64,000 bases of DNA from NCBI GenBank assembly GCA_943332105.1, contig CALQOD010000002.1:109-64108 (forward strand). Reading direction: 5' to 3'. This document shows, piece by piece, positions 40,201 through 50,026 of the stretch. Position 1 is the first letter of the stretch. Each line of letters opens with the position of its first letter. The notes beneath the pieces are model-generated. The model did no database searches. It saw only the letters and a list, made by a program, of their open reading frames with translations, and was not told the origin of the DNA. The position numbers were made by a program, and so were the translations under genes. The stretch comes from Chitinophaga pinensis (GTDB taxonomy: Bacteria > Bacteroidota > Bacteroidia > AKYH767-A > OLB10).

Positions 40201-41473
40201 TTATTCGCAATTGTTAGGTCAGGATCTCGATCACAATTCACCGGGATTTGGTTTTGCTTTTGGATCACAACAAGATATTCGTCCACAGGCTGTAAATGGA
40301 AAATGGATAACTGCCGATACAAGTTTGAATAATGCATTTGCAAGAAATTATAATGAAAACTTTTCTGCACGGAGTTCTATTGAACCATTTAATGGTTTAA
40401 AGATTGAATTAAATGCAACGCGTCAGTATACACGCAATAATTCAGAATATTTCCGTTGGAATGGCTCTCGCTTTGATTCGCAAAGTGTAACGGAGACAGG
40501 GAACTTTAGTATTTCTACAATATCCATAAATACTGCATTTGCTAAAGATGACCCTACTACTTATTCAAATGCTGTGTTCGAACAGTTTTCAATCAATCGC
40601 AAAATTATTTCTGAGCGTTTAGCTGTAACTAATCCGAATTCAGTAGGCTTTGCGGCGCCAGATACCTTCGGAATTATATACAACGACGGCTATAGCGGTA
40701 CGCAACAAGAAGTATTAACGCTGGCCTTTATTTCTGCTTACACGGGTAAATCACCTAATGATGTCAAGTTAAGTCCTTTTTCAAAAATACCATTGCCAAA
40801 CTGGAGAGTTACCTATGATGGTTTAAGTAAGCTTCCGTTATTCAAAAAAGTATTTAATAATGTAAGCTTAACGCATAGTTATCGCTCTACATTTAATGTT
40901 AATAGCTATAATCGGAATTTGAATTATGTGGATACTAAATATCCATCAGTTAAAGATATCGGCGGTAACTTTATACCATCAAGAGAATTTGGACAAATTT
41001 CTATGGTCGAACAATTTGCCCCGTTGTTAGGTGTTGATGTAACATGGAAAAATAATATACAAACAAGAGCAGAATTCAAACGCGATAGAAATGTATCGTT
41101 AACTTATGCAGGGGTTCAGATAACAGAAGTAAAGGGGAATGAAATAACTCTTGGGTTTGGCTACCGATTGACTAAGTTTAAATTACCATTTAATCTTTCC
41201 AAGAAAGTTTCGGGTAATGGATTAAATTTAACTGCTGATTTTAGCGCTCGTAAGAATGTAACGATTATCAGAAGATTACTAGAAGGCGTTAATCAACCTA
41301 CAGCTGGATTAAATGTTTATTCTATTAAGGCGGCTGCAGATTATGCAATTAGCGATAAGTTAAATATGCGATTCTTCTACGAGCAAACTATTAATACCCC
41401 AGTTATCTCAACTTCTTATCCAACATCAAATATTAACACTGGAATCGAAATTCGCTTCTCATTATCACAATAA
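34238..41473 (+). CDS. sprA: T9SS outer-membrane translocon SprA (Sov)
   Basis: 2411 aa, matching the near-unique size of SprA. N-terminal hydrophobic signal and beta-rich composition throughout. The ruvA-sprA-gcvH neighbourhood agrees with what I recall for flavobacteria. TTG start. Confidence 0.85.
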   Translation: MKNIRFYISVLLGVVIFVSLIFSYGHAVAEIHENYFVFPSDTPSTSNVPIMLRYPFSDRYSDPYSSQPFLSPLYLNYPSNIKTTVEYNPENREYDIFEKIGGQNFRSPSYMTFEEFKESQFKQSTRDYWKKKANEESITQRKGFAPRLYVGGEAFNRIFGGNTIDIRPQGSAALSFGLNISRYDNPTLPERQRKNTTFDFKERIQMNVIGNIGEKLKITTNYNTEASFDFENQIKLEYTGYEDEIIQKLQAGNVSLPLNTQLIQGSQSLFGLKTQLKFGKLTVTSILTQQKGKSSNIEVKGGATTTNFDISADQYEANKHYFLANYFKDNYDNALKDLPFINSSTNITRIEVWVTNKNNSTDNTRTIVGFTDLAESSPYNASIPGTGYAYPSDTLSNTLYQDILNNYPSIRDINSVQNTMASIPYLSASRDYEVVQNARKLNTNEYTFNPRLGYISLNQALNTNEVLAVAFEYTVGSQVYRVGELTTSGVEPPKVLMLKLLKARITNTKLPLWDLMMKNIYALGGFQIDKKDFKLNVLYYVDTIGNRLNYIPVSPAEPNVYAKALNRLFNLDKLNVNNDPRPDGEYDFIEGVTINSNSGRVIFPVREPFSSYLRSRFVSQTNADIYAYDVLYDSTKTVALQFPEKNKYSLKGSYSSKFGSDIPLNQLNIPEGSVKVTAGGLPLTENIDYTVDYNLGRVKIINQSILNSGQAINISLESNSLFSIQSKTLFGSRFDYVVNKDLVVGGTIMRLNERPITQKVNFGDEPIANTIWGVDGTWKRESRWLTKMIDKIPGVSTKSPSQITVSGEFADLIPGNSKAIGKNGTAYIDDFEGSQTTIDLKTNVGAWTLASTPQSRFAEARLDSVTKGYGFNRSKFSWYIIDPLFYRNQSGVTPAHITTNDISNHLVRQIPEKEIFPNKEAPQGQTVILPVMNMSFYPAERGPYNYDVLPSAYSSGVDADGKLLDPSSRWGGIMRRIESTDFDAANIEFIQFWMMDPFNSNSQNTSGGDLYFNLGNISEDILKDGKLEYENGLSPTGDTAASNKTVWGFTPRTQPPIIYAFDNNPDARQYQDVGLDGVKNSLEPSVFQDYLSTLSANVSPTAYQQSASDPSSDNYHYYRGTDYDNAQKSILDRYKNYSHPDGNSPTDNQSTESYSTSATTIPDVEDVNKDFNQEASEQFYEYRVSLHPGDLEVGKNFIVDKITRNVSLPNSTNTDITWYQFKIPIRDVQGNNPNITKYGDIEGFNTISFIRTFMSGFNEPMTLRFAKLEFLRGEWRKYVYDMHSAGEVIPGDPNNGTFDISSVSIEENGNRTPIPYVIPPDIQQETNIGSTTLQRLNEQSLSLKVCDLEDGDARAAFKNLGLDLRSYKKLKMFIHAESSGVSDDLKDNDLTVFIRMGNDFTENYYEYEVPLKKTSWGATDQYAIWPEVNNIDLDLNKFVNLKLSRNTAVDNSGGTINLTSIYSEIDENGRNAISIKGNPSLSSVRTIMIGVRNPKRDPANSNGDDGTSKCAEIWVNELRLTDFDKKGGWAATGRVTTKLADIGNVALTGTHKSIGFGSIEQKVSERRRSAETSFNATSTIYLGKFLPEKANLDIPLYVNYGTIVNNPQYDPLDQDVPFADALKNNQTAADKKEFKKRSQDYTRSKGINFTNVKKNRSGSAKAKVYDIENFNLTYGFDEVMHRDINIEYDIIKTHRGAIGYNFNTTPKYITPFAKATFLNSKYLKLVKDLNINLVPTSMNFRMDAQRVYGEKLYRNNTGYADIVRDTFFNKNFDTRRVYDFKIDITKSIKLDFNANNYGIIDEPEGRIDTQQDKDSIKSNIFGKNYLLGRNKQYTQAGNVSYQVPLNKLPLTDWVSLNVKYGFNYNWQSGQFIQNTTTGAFGVDSRTGNTIQNSNTKQVNGNFVLTTLYNKVPFLKKINSPKPPKKLAVKTEPPKNPKDSIPGMKAPKVKAPNTIPDGVRFLGRMIMGVKSVGFTYSETNGTVLPGYVNYSQLLGQDLDHNSPGFGFAFGSQQDIRPQAVNGKWITADTSLNNAFARNYNENFSARSSIEPFNGLKIELNATRQYTRNNSEYFRWNGSRFDSQSVTETGNFSISTISINTAFAKDDPTTYSNAVFEQFSINRKIISERLAVTNPNSVGFAAPDTFGIIYNDGYSGTQQEVLTLAFISAYTGKSPNDVKLSPFSKIPLPNWRVTYDGLSKLPLFKKVFNNVSLTHSYRSTFNVNSYNRNLNYVDTKYPSVKDIGGNFIPSREFGQISMVEQFAPLLGVDVTWKNNIQTRAEFKRDRNVSLTYAGVQITEVKGNEITLGFGYRLTKFKLPFNLSKKVSGNGLNLTADFSARKNVTIIRRLLEGVNQPTAGLNVYSIKAAADYAISDKLNMRFFYEQTINTPVISTSYPTSNINTGIEIRFSLSQ

Positions 41474-41502
41474 AAATTAAATTTGTAAAAAATTATAACA
41501 TT

Positions 41503-41883
41503 ATGAATATTCCTTCAGAATTAAAGTACACAAAAGATCACGAATGGGTTCGTGTTGATGGCGATATCGCTATTATTGGAATTACCGATTTTGCTCAAAG
41601 CGAATTAGGTGATATTGTTTATGTAGAAATTGAAACAATAGGGGAGTCTGTGGATAAAGAAGCTGTTTTCGGAACAGTGGAAGCAGTTAAAACAGTTTCT
41701 GATTTGTTCATGCCTATTACAGGAGAGGTGCTTGAATTAAATGATGCACTAGAAGGAAATCCAGAGTTGGTGAATACAGATCCATATGGTGAAGGATGGA
41801 TGGTGAAGGTGAAAATTTCAGACCCTTCGCAGTTAAACGAACTATTAGATGCTGCTACGTACGGTGCTTTGATAGGCGCATAA
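41503..41883 (+). CDS. gcvH: glycine cleavage system H protein
   Basis: [25 protein letters not shown] and the lipoyl-lysine context [10 protein letters not shown]. 126 aa. Confidence 0.95.
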   Translation: MNIPSELKYTKDHEWVRVDGDIAIIGITDFAQSELGDIVYVEIETIGESVDKEAVFGTVEAVKTVSDLFMPITGEVLELNDALEGNPELVNTDPYGEGWMVKVKISDPSQLNELLDAATYGALIGA

Positions 41884-41904
41884 TTGAAATTAGAAATATT
41901 TTAA

Positions 41905-41929
41905 AGGCTCGGAAATTCCGGGCCTTTTT
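41905..41929 (+). terminator. Rho-independent terminator after gcvH
   Basis: AGGCTCGG AAATT CCGGGCCT hairpin (one G-U pair) followed by TTTT. Confidence 0.7.
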
Positions 41930-42097
41930 GTTTGAGTTCATTATTTTTTTTCGTTATTAACAATATGTTCTAATAAAATAGAGCGATTTTATCTATGAAA
42001 AAAATAAAATATTAAAGGTGTTTACAATTATCTAAATAAGTCGTATTCATTTTGCAAGATATTTTTATATTCATAAAACAAATTCTAAATTGCATTA

Positions 42098-42817
42098 ATG
42101 ATGGAGAATTCCGCCTTTGCGATTTTATTAGTCGATGCACATCCTTTTTATCGACGAGGTGCTTCATCAGCTATAATGGATATCTGGCGGAACGTAGAAT
42201 TGCATCACGCAACAAATTTTATAGATGCCTGCGAGAAATTATCGAAATTAAAAATTGATATTATTATCACTGAAATTGATTTGCAACCACAAAATGGAAT
42301 TGAATTAATAAAAGGAATTAAAGAGCATTACCCTGATGTTCGAATAATTGTATTAACGCATTTTAAGGAAGAGGATTACATTTTAACTACATATAATATG
42401 GGGGTTGATGGCTATTTGGATAAGTCAGTTAATCAAATGGAGTTAGCCCGTGCAATCAATAAAGTGCTCAACGGCGAACGATACTATTCGCGTCAAAATA
42501 GTGAATTGGTGCATTCACGTATTAAAATGTTCAAGTTGATGAAATCTGAAGAGGTTTATCAAAAACTTTTCTATCATAAAAACTATATTGAGATTATTTT
42601 TTTAATGGCTCATGGTTTTAAGAACAGGAGCATTGCCGAAATTTTGTATTTATCAGATCGTACTACCAGTGTTCATCGCTCTGAGATATATAAAATTATT
42701 GGCTGTCAAACTTCACTTGAGTTGATTTTGTGGGCAATGGAAAAAGGAATTAAAAATGATCCTGACTTATTGATTAGATTTGATAAAATATTATCTGAAA
42801 AAGTAAATTTGATTTAG
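42098..42817 (+). CDS. orphan NarL/LuxR-type response regulator with atypical receiver
   Basis: The receiver has ILLVDAHP and IDIIITEIDLQPQNG, and the C-terminal LuxR HTH is NRSIAEILYLSDRTTSVHRSEIYKIIG. No kinase gene is adjacent. Confidence 0.8.
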   Translation: MMENSAFAILLVDAHPFYRRGASSAIMDIWRNVELHHATNFIDACEKLSKLKIDIIITEIDLQPQNGIELIKGIKEHYPDVRIIVLTHFKEEDYILTTYNMGVDGYLDKSVNQMELARAINKVLNGERYYSRQNSELVHSRIKMFKLMKSEEVYQKLFYHKNYIEIIFLMAHGFKNRSIAEILYLSDRTTSVHRSEIYKIIGCQTSLELILWAMEKGIKNDPDLLIRFDKILSEKVNLI

Positions 42818-43758
42818 TGTGAAAATATAAACGACTTTCTAGTTTTCTTGCCTTCTATTTTTCTTGATGCAGCAACAACTTTCCCAAATCCATAACCTAT
42901 TCCAAATGCAAGTGGATAATCACCAGCCCAATGAACACCATTATTTAGCATAGAAAATGCAACTAATGCCCCTAGTGTATATCCCACTGGCTTAATCCAT
43001 TTTTTCTCTGGATAGTTTTCAGACAATACAGTAACAGCACATATAACAGTTGCTAAATGTCCTGAAGGAAAGGCGTCATATTTAGGTGTGTTTTTTTGAT
43101 AGTCCATAAAGCCTGGAAATGGCGTCCACTTACCACCTGCTTGCGTTGAACGAATAGGTGTTTCTCGTCCTGTTATTCTTTTAACAACTTGCGTGGCGAT
43201 CCCCATAGCAATAAACGACTCCGTTAATTGAGATGCAGTACTAACTGCACGTATATCATGATGACGAATGCCATAATATAAAATTCCTCCTCCAAGCAAC
43301 AACGCAGGATAACCTTGTCCTAGCGTATACAAAGCTGTATTAAGATTCTGAGGAATGCTTATAATGTTTACGCGTTGACCTTGCAGTTTAGGAGCAAACA
43401 CATTGTTGTATGAACTGTTTCTTACAAGATGGATATTGTCGCAAAATTGTCGCGTACCATCAGTGATTGCTTGATCGTTATTTATTAAAATGGCAGAGGT
43501 AAGTGCAATAGCTAATATTCCAGGAATACTTTTTTTATTGAAAGAATATTTACAATACCCCCACATATCCTTTGGAACTTTAGTAACAAAATCAAACGCC
43601 CCTGGCCGTTCATAGTTTAATATAATTCCATTTTTCAAATGATATTGCGTTTCCCATTCTTTATAAGGAATATGCTTACTTGTAGAGTCAGATGGAGCGG
43701 CAGCATTAGATACAAAACTTGATAATACTACTACAAGGTAAATTAAAATTGTTTTCAT
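42814..43758 (-). CDS. PAP2-superfamily phosphatase (membrane or periplasmic)
   Basis: Signal peptide plus acid-phosphatase motifs KRITGRETP, PSGH and HWAGD. 314 aa. Confidence 0.8.
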   Translation of the reverse strand: MKTILIYLVVVLSSFVSNAAAPSDSTSKHIPYKEWETQYHLKNGIILNYERPGAFDFVTKVPKDMWGYCKYSFNKKSIPGILAIALTSAILINNDQAITDGTRQFCDNIHLVRNSSYNNVFAPKLQGQRVNIISIPQNLNTALYTLGQGYPALLLGGGILYYGIRHHDIRAVSTASQLTESFIAMGIATQVVKRITGRETPIRSTQAGGKWTPFPGFMDYQKNTPKYDAFPSGHLATVICAVTVLSENYPEKKWIKPVGYTLGALVAFSMLNNGVHWAGDYPLAFGIGYGFGKVVAASRKIEGKKTRKSFIFSH

Positions 43759-43863
43759 TCGGTTAGATAAATGAGGAGATCAAAAGTATAAAATACCTTT
43801 ATTGTAATTGTACTACCAACACTATTTGTTCTCTTATTAATTTGTACTTTTGCCCTTCCTTAC

Positions 43864-43951
43864 GGAGACGTGTCCGAGTGGTTGAAGGAGCACGCCTGGA
43901 AAGTGTGTATACCCCAAAAGGGTATCGCGAGTTCGAATCTCGCCGTCTCCG
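43864..43951 (+). tRNA. tRNA-Ser (GGA)
   Basis: Hand-folded: acceptor GGAGACG/CGTCTCC, anticodon stem CACGC/GTGTG with loop CTGGAAA, long variable arm ATACCC..GGGTAT, T-arm GCGAG TTCGAAT CTCGC. 88 nt, no encoded CCA. Confidence 0.9.
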
Positions 43952-44434
43952 CTAATTCAATTGCATTTTTGAAAAAAATATTTTCACATTAGAAGCATAC
44001 AAGTTTACTTGTATATGCTGAATAGGTGAAAATGATTAGTGCGAAGCACTGCAATTGAATTAAGCATCCCCCCCTTAACGAGATGTGCGTAGCAAATCTC
44101 GCCGTCTCCGCTAAATAAGCATAACGAGTTTACTGTTCTTTTTTGTGACGTATTCAGCCAAATTTATTTGAGCAATTAAAGGAATAAAAAAAGAAATACG
44201 CAAAGCGGATGTTAGGCTTATTTGAAGCATCTCCCTTCAGAGAAAAGCGACGCAGGAGCTAGTCATTATTTTCAAGCGATAAAAACTCAAACATAGCACT
44301 GCAATTGAATTAAGCCCCCCCCTGCGAGATGTGCGTAGCAAATCTCGTTATCATGCAAAGTTTATTTAATATTATGAGAAGCATACAAGTTTACTTGTAT
44401 ATGCTGAATAGGTGAAAATGATTAGTGCGAAGCA
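43952..44434. repeat. nested direct and inverted repeats downstream of tRNA-Ser, including a copy of the tRNA 3' end
   Basis: Exact 20-bp copy of the tRNA 3' end (43936-43955 = 44095-44114). Exact 58-bp repeat (43991-44048 = 44377-44434). Repeat B (44045-44101 vs 44295-44347) is two exact blocks separated by a variable poly-C tract. The 13-bp inverted repeat TAATTCAATTGCA / TGCAATTGAATTA lies at 43953-43965 and 44050-44062. Confidence 0.85.
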
Positions 44435-44531
44435 AATCTTTCTAATTCCTTTAGCCTATTTAATTATTGTTGGAAGTAAGCTCCTCTTTTTGCTTGCCTT
44501 CGAGTCGCCTCAGGCACCGCAAAAAGCTCAA

Positions 44532-45986
44532 TCATTCAAAACTATAACCGCTCATCTTTAAATTCAAAACGCCTATTGCTTGTGTATGTATGACTAAATT
44601 ATTCTCTGACGGATAAACACCTAAAATTTTCAAATTGTTTACTTGCCCGTTAAGTGTTGTGTTTTTATCAAGTTGCTTATGCAATTGATCGGAAATAGAT
44701 TTTTTATTCGATTCTAAAATAGGTTTAAAATCTGTTTTGCCATATTCCTGAATTTTTTTCGCAATTACTTTTTGAAAAAGTTCTGTCCCTGCTTGTAATA
44801 ACAAATGATTTTTATCAGACTGCAATTGTACATCATGTAATTCAAGCATTTGATTTTTGCTATCGTAAACAGGATTCATCGTAAAGATTAATGTTGCATT
44901 TTTAAATTTCTTGATTCCAATTTTTAAATCACAGTTCATTTCTAAAACAATAGTTGAATTTCCTTTTCCTGATAGTGCAAGGTTATGAATTAAAATTGTT
45001 TGTTTGCCATCTTCCGACTTAAACGTTTTCTCATTGAAATTTTTTTTCAAGTGGTTAGTTAAATCAGTATAACTAGATATAATTGGCATATTGAAAACAA
45101 ATTCTGAATTACTTTTTGCATTAGTTTTTAATGCAGGAAGTACTGGAACTATTAATGTTGAATCTTTTGTAAATGTAAACTTCGGATTCGCTCTTAGTCC
45201 AATATTAAACTTTAAAAGCTGTCCTGTGCCATTCAGCTGACTAACACTAATCTCATTCGGATTGATACTTAAAAACCCATATCCATCAATTTCTATTGGT
45301 GTCCATAGTTGTTTCCATGCATCTTGTGCGAGCGATTTAAAATTTGTCGATTTACTCTGTTCATCAATAAACTTTGCACAATCGTTTAATGAAGGACGAA
45401 TAGCATCCATGATTTTATTCGTCATATCAATTTTCAAGAACGTCATTTTGCAAGGATCAATCGGTGTTACTTCAGAGACTGTAGTGTGTGTTTTTAATCC
45501 GTATGAAGAGGTGATTTCTACTTTCGATGAGAATCCGATTTTTACTTTTCTTTTTTCTTCTCCATTTGTACCACACGAAAAAGGAATACGTGGATGAATA
45601 CATTTGCCCCAAACAATTTCTGAACAGTAGTCGCCAGCAATACCATATGCAGCAGTAGTTCCTGCTTTAAACAAATTGCCTTGCATGGTGCCAGTAAGAG
45701 CATCACGTGTAACATCATAACTTGCACGCGGGCCTTCAACTCCTTCAAAAGTTGTAAAATTGGGATATTCAGGATTGCGAATTATTTTATCCGTTTTCGA
45801 ATTTGCATAGTTAATAATCGGCTGAAGATTTACTTCAACCGGAATTTGAATAACAGATGATTCTAATACAGGAACAGGAATCTCTTCAGCAATAATATTA
45901 GGTAATTCGCTATGAAGTTTGCAAGAACTGATGAAAAGAGTACTTAATAAAAGTAATCCAACGAACGTATTAATTCTAATTTTCAT
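44532..45986 (-). CDS. hypothetical lipoprotein (possibly DUF4403-like)
   Basis: MKIRINTFVGLLLLSTLFISSC lipobox, 484 aa from ATG 45986 (the track uses TTG 46004). The family name is from memory only. Confidence 0.6.
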   Translation of the reverse strand: MKIRINTFVGLLLLSTLFISSCKLHSELPNIIAEEIPVPVLESSVIQIPVEVNLQPIINYANSKTDKIIRNPEYPNFTTFEGVEGPRASYDVTRDALTGTMQGNLFKAGTTAAYGIAGDYCSEIVWGKCIHPRIPFSCGTNGEEKRKVKIGFSSKVEITSSYGLKTHTTVSEVTPIDPCKMTFLKIDMTNKIMDAIRPSLNDCAKFIDEQSKSTNFKSLAQDAWKQLWTPIEIDGYGFLSINPNEISVSQLNGTGQLLKFNIGLRANPKFTFTKDSTLIVPVLPALKTNAKSNSEFVFNMPIISSYTDLTNHLKKNFNEKTFKSEDGKQTILIHNLALSGKGNSTIVLEMNCDLKIGIKKFKNATLIFTMNPVYDSKNQMLELHDVQLQSDKNHLLLQAGTELFQKVIAKKIQEYGKTDFKPILESNKKSISDQLHKQLDKNTTLNGQVNNLKILGVYPSENNLVIHTQAIGVLNLKMSGYSFE

Positions 45987-46013
45987 AATTATAAAAACGC
46001 GCAAACAACGAAT

Positions 46014-47024
46014 TTAATTTTTACTCATCTCGCCTCTTAAATCCTTCACTAATTCTGCTTCAATTTTCTTTTTCTGATTTGGATATTTTCCAAAGAGGTG
46101 CATTAATTTAGTTAATGCCGCTTCAGTGGTAATATCACTTCCGCTAATCACACCCATGTCTTTTAACTTCTTACTTGTTTCATACTTGCCTTGCTCTACT
46201 TTGCCACCTGCACACTGTGAAACATTTAAAATAATAATGCCATTATTGATAGCCGATTTTAATGTCTTTAAAAAGCTTTCTGCTGTTGGGGCATTTCCAC
46301 TTCCATAGGTTTCTAATACAACAGCTTTTAATCCTTCTACACTAAAAATATGTTCGAGCCAGTTGCCTGTAATTCCTGGGAATATTCTTACGAGTCCGAT
46401 ATTCGGATTTAAACTTTTATGTACGATTAATTTCTTACTCGATTTTTTACTGATGAATTTATTATTGTATTGTAAAGTAGTACCTGCTTCTACTAATGCC
46501 GGATAGTTCAATGATTGAAACGCATCAAACTGAGAACTCGAAAATTTTTCTGCTCTGTTTCCTCTAAAAAGCTGATCATTAAAATAAATACATACTTCTG
46601 GAATCACTACATCGCCAGCCGCAATTTCTACTGCGGTAATTAAATTATGTTTTGCATCTGTTCGGATAGCCCCTAGTGGTAGTTGTGATCCAGTAAGGAT
46701 AACAGGCTTGTTCAAATTTTCAAGCATAAAACTCAACGCTGATGCTGAATATGCCATCGTATCTGTTCCATGCAAAATGATGAAGCCATCATAAGCTTTA
46801 TAATTTTTTTCAATCGTCTCTGCTAATGCCACATAAAATTCAGGTGTGACATTGCTACTATCAATCAACTTCTTAAAATTGTAATGCGAGATAGAGCAGT
46901 TAATATGTTTTAACTCAGGAATGCGTTCAGTAATTTTCCCGAAATTCACAGGTTTAAGACTATTGGAACTATCCTTAATCATTCCAATTGTTCCGCCAGT
47001 ATAAACCACTAATATTTTTTTCAT
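46014..47024 (-). CDS. ansA: type I L-asparaginase
   Basis: ILVVYTGGTIGM and HGTDTMAYSA catalytic motifs. 336 aa. Confidence 0.9.
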   Translation of the reverse strand: MKKILVVYTGGTIGMIKDSSNSLKPVNFGKITERIPELKHINCSISHYNFKKLIDSSNVTPEFYVALAETIEKNYKAYDGFIILHGTDTMAYSASALSFMLENLNKPVILTGSQLPLGAIRTDAKHNLITAVEIAAGDVVIPEVCIYFNDQLFRGNRAEKFSSSQFDAFQSLNYPALVEAGTTLQYNNKFISKKSSKKLIVHKSLNPNIGLVRIFPGITGNWLEHIFSVEGLKAVVLETYGSGNAPTAESFLKTLKSAINNGIIILNVSQCAGGKVEQGKYETSKKLKDMGVISGSDITTEAALTKLMHLFGKYPNQKKKIEAELVKDLRGEMSKN

Positions 47025-47788
47025 AGTCCAAATAGGGTTACTGCATTAACGGTAGTTATTGTAGCTACCTCTTCTACATTACATTGCTTTAAGTCGGCAA
47101 TTTTTTCTACGACATGTTTTATGTACGCTGGCTGATTTCTTTTACCTCTAAAAGGGGAAGGCGCTAAATAAGGGCCATCTGTTTCTAACACTATACTTGT
47201 TAAGCCTACTTTTTTGATAATTTCATCAAGGCCGCTGTTTTTAAAAGTCACAACACCGCCAATACCTAAAAGCATTCCCATATCAATAATTCGCTGTGCT
47301 TCTTCTAAAGTTCCTCCAAAACAATGAAAGGCCCCTTTTAAACCTTTAATGTTTAAAGATTCAATTAACTCAATTACATCTAATGTGCAATTTCTGGTAT
47401 GCAAGGATACTGGAAGTTCCATTTCATAAGCCCACATTAATTGCTTAGTAAGCGCTTTTGTTTGTTCAGCAATATGAGTTAAGTCCCAATGTTTATCCAT
47501 GCCAATTTCTCCAACGCCATAATATTTACCTGAACTTAATTCTATTTCTACTTGTTTTAATTCTTTCTCATAGGTATCATTTACATAGCACGGATGTAAG
47601 CCCATCATAGGAAAACAATTCTCAGGGTTATCATGACAAAGTTGTAACATCGAATGGATTGAACTACTGTCGATATTAGGTAAAATCATTTTTGTGACTC
47701 CATTCTGAATGGCAGCATCAATTACTTGTTTTCTATCATCGTGAAATTCTTCAGCGTATAAATGTAAATGGGTATCCACTAATTGCAT
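47021..47788 (-). CDS. tatD: TatD-family metal-dependent hydrolase
   Basis: LVDTHLHL start with the GEIGMD, SLHTR, FHCFGG and ETDGPYL motifs. 255 aa. Its stop overlaps the ansA start by 4 nt. Confidence 0.9.
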   Translation of the reverse strand: MQLVDTHLHLYAEEFHDDRKQVIDAAIQNGVTKMILPNIDSSSIHSMLQLCHDNPENCFPMMGLHPCYVNDTYEKELKQVEIELSSGKYYGVGEIGMDKHWDLTHIAEQTKALTKQLMWAYEMELPVSLHTRNCTLDVIELIESLNIKGLKGAFHCFGGTLEEAQRIIDMGMLLGIGGVVTFKNSGLDEIIKKVGLTSIVLETDGPYLAPSPFRGKRNQPAYIKHVVEKIADLKQCNVEEVATITTVNAVTLFGL

Positions 47789-47871
47789 GTTGTAAAATTA
47801 CTGCATTTTCCTTTACTCCCGAAAATAGATTTTAAGAGATAAAAATTATCTTTGTTTAAAATAATTACACC

Positions 47872-48864
47872 TTGCCAAAATATTTAGTCATTCGTTTTAG
47901 TTCTATCGGAGATATCGTTCTGACTTCTCCCGTTGTTCGAATGTTAAAAAAACAAGTGCCGGGTGCGGAAGTGCATTTTTTAACAAAGCAATCATTTCAA
48001 AGTGTAGTAGCAAATAATCCTTTTATTGATAAAGTATGGACAACGGATGGCTCACTTACAGACGTACTTCCTGCTCTTAAGAAAGAAAACTATGATGAAA
48101 TCATCGATTTGCATGCTAACCTACGCACATGGAGAATTAAACAGGCACTGAAAGTGAAATCATCTACTTTCAACAAATTGAATTTCGAAAAGTGGTTGTT
48201 AGTTAATTTGAAAATAAATCGTTTGCCTGCAACGCATATCGTTAATCGCTATTTAAAAACAGTAGAGCACCTAGGTGTGCAGAATGATGGCGAAGGATTA
48301 GATTTCTATGTCGATGATGAAGTGAAATCAAATCAGGATATTTTCCCTGTATCATTTCATAAAGGCTATTGGACAGCAGTCATCGGCGCCAATCACGCTA
48401 CAAAGAGATTTCCTGTACCCAAATGGATTGAAGCCATAAAAGCAATCAATTTTCCAGTTGTAATTATTGGAGATAAAAATGATTTTGCTGCGGGACAAGA
48501 AATAGCGCATGCTTGTGGAGGTGTTGTTTTTAATGCCTGTGGTCAGTTTGGTTTATTACAATCGGCAGCTATTGTTTCGCAAGCAAAGTTGGTCATTAGC
48601 AATGATACTGGTATGATGCATATTGCATCTGCTTATAATCGCAATGTAATTTCTATTTGGGGAAATACGGTTCCTGCCTTTGGCATGATACCTTATATGC
48701 CTTCTATTTATTCCAACAGTTTTATTGTAGAAGCAAAAGAAGTTGGATGCCGTCCTTGTTCAAAAATAGGCTTTGCAAAATGTCCTAAGGGGCACTTTGA
48801 TTGCATGAATAAAATTTCTGTTAGTGAGCTAACGGAGGTGGCTAACCGCTTTTTAAATAAATAA
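47872..48864 (+). CDS. glycosyltransferase family 9 (heptosyltransferase-like)
   Basis: YLVIRFSSIGDIVLTSPVVRMLK N-terminus and SNDTGMMHIASA near the C-terminus, typical of GT9. TTG start. Confidence 0.8.
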   Translation: MPKYLVIRFSSIGDIVLTSPVVRMLKKQVPGAEVHFLTKQSFQSVVANNPFIDKVWTTDGSLTDVLPALKKENYDEIIDLHANLRTWRIKQALKVKSSTFNKLNFEKWLLVNLKINRLPATHIVNRYLKTVEHLGVQNDGEGLDFYVDDEVKSNQDIFPVSFHKGYWTAVIGANHATKRFPVPKWIEAIKAINFPVVIIGDKNDFAAGQEIAHACGGVVFNACGQFGLLQSAAIVSQAKLVISNDTGMMHIASAYNRNVISIWGNTVPAFGMIPYMPSIYSNSFIVEAKEVGCRPCSKIGFAKCPKGHFDCMNKISVSELTEVANRFLNK

Positions 48865-49365
48865 AGCCTTTAATTCGTTCGCTTCTTCTGGCTTTAATTT
48901 TCCTGCTAGGATTAAAGATAATTGTCTTCTGCGTAAAGCACCTGCAAAGCGTTGTTTTTCTTCTTCTGTTTCAGGTAAAAGTTCAGGCACATTAATAGGA
49001 CGACCAATTTGATCAACCGCTACAAAAGTGTAAATAGCTTCGTTGCATTTTGTTTTCTTACTGTTCATATTGTCTTCTACCCACACATCAATAAATACTT
49101 CCATGGATGAATTAAAAGACCTAGAAACCTTTGCTTGAAGTGTAACTATATCTCCAAGTTTAATAGGCTGGTTAAAAGAAACATTGTTAACTGATGCCGT
49201 TACTACTACACGGTTACAATGACGATGTGCTGAAATTGCAGCGGTAATATCGAGCCAATGCAACAATCGACCTCCCATTAGATTTCCTAAAGTGTTAGTG
49301 TCGTTGGGTAGAACAATTTCAGTGTGAATTGCAAGACTTTCAACAGCGGTTTTAGCTTTTAACAT
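48853..49365 (-). CDS. hotdog-fold acyl-CoA thioesterase (YciA-like)
   Basis: VLPNDTNTLGNLMGGRLLHWLDITAAISAHRH is typical of the acyl-CoA hydrolase family. 170 aa. Confidence 0.85.
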   Translation of the reverse strand: MLKAKTAVESLAIHTEIVLPNDTNTLGNLMGGRLLHWLDITAAISAHRHCNRVVVTASVNNVSFNQPIKLGDIVTLQAKVSRSFNSSMEVFIDVWVEDNMNSKKTKCNEAIYTFVAVDQIGRPINVPELLPETEEEKQRFAGALRRRQLSLILAGKLKPEEANELKALFI

Positions 49366-49441
49366 AAAGAAATATTTTTACAAAGATAGATTTTATTGAT
49401 CGTAACACGAAAATACTGTAGGATTATCTAATTTTACAATT

Positions 49442-50026
49442 ATGATTGAAATTGGTAAGACATTAATCTCCACAGAGCTGTTAGAAGAACATTTTGTATG
49501 TGATTTAAATAAATGCAAAGGCGAGTGCTGCATCGCTGGCGACTATGGTGCTCCGTTGGATAAATCAGAGTTAAAAGAGATTGAGAAATACTATCCTATC
49601 GTAAAGCCATTATTACAAAACCGTGCAATAAAAAGCATTGAAGAACAAGGATTATATGTGAAGGATGATGAAGGTGATTGGGTAACGCCATTAATTAACG
49701 AAAAAGAAGAATGTGCCTTTACAATTTTTGAAGACGGTATCGCAAAGTGTTCTTTTGAAAAGGCTTATAACAACGGACAAATTCCTTGGAAAAAACCAAT
49801 CTCTTGTCATTTGTATCCAGTAAGAATTAAGAAACTTAAAAACTATGATGCTTTAAACTATGACCGTTGGGATGTATGTGCACCAGCCTGTAAATTAGGT
49901 AAGAGTTTAAAAGTTCCAGTATTTCAATTTTTGAAAGAGTCGCTCACTCGCAAGTACGGTGAAGAATGGTACAACGAGCTAACAATAGCAGCGGAGATGT
50001 GGAAGGAAGAGAAGGGGAAGAAGTAA
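49442..50026 (+). CDS. DUF3109-family Cys-rich protein
   Basis: N-terminus FVCDLNKCKGECCIAGDYGAPL matches my recollection of DUF3109. 194 aa. Confidence 0.7.
   Translation: MIEIGKTLISTELLEEHFVCDLNKCKGECCIAGDYGAPLDKSELKEIEKYYPIVKPLLQNRAIKSIEEQGLYVKDDEGDWVTPLINEKEECAFTIFEDGIAKCSFEKAYNNGQIPWKKPISCHLYPVRIKKLKNYDALNYDRWDVCAPACKLGKSLKVPVFQFLKESLTRKYGEEWYNELTIAAEMWKEEKGKK

Noticed and set aside
44486-44526. Long imperfect hairpin (CTTTTTGC..TGCCT..GAG GCGA CTC..AGGCA..GCAAAAAG) just downstream of the 484-aa lipoprotein gene
   Set aside because: It is probably that gene's transcription terminator or stabiliser, although it lacks a clean T-run. It is not obviously part of the tRNA-Ser repeat system.
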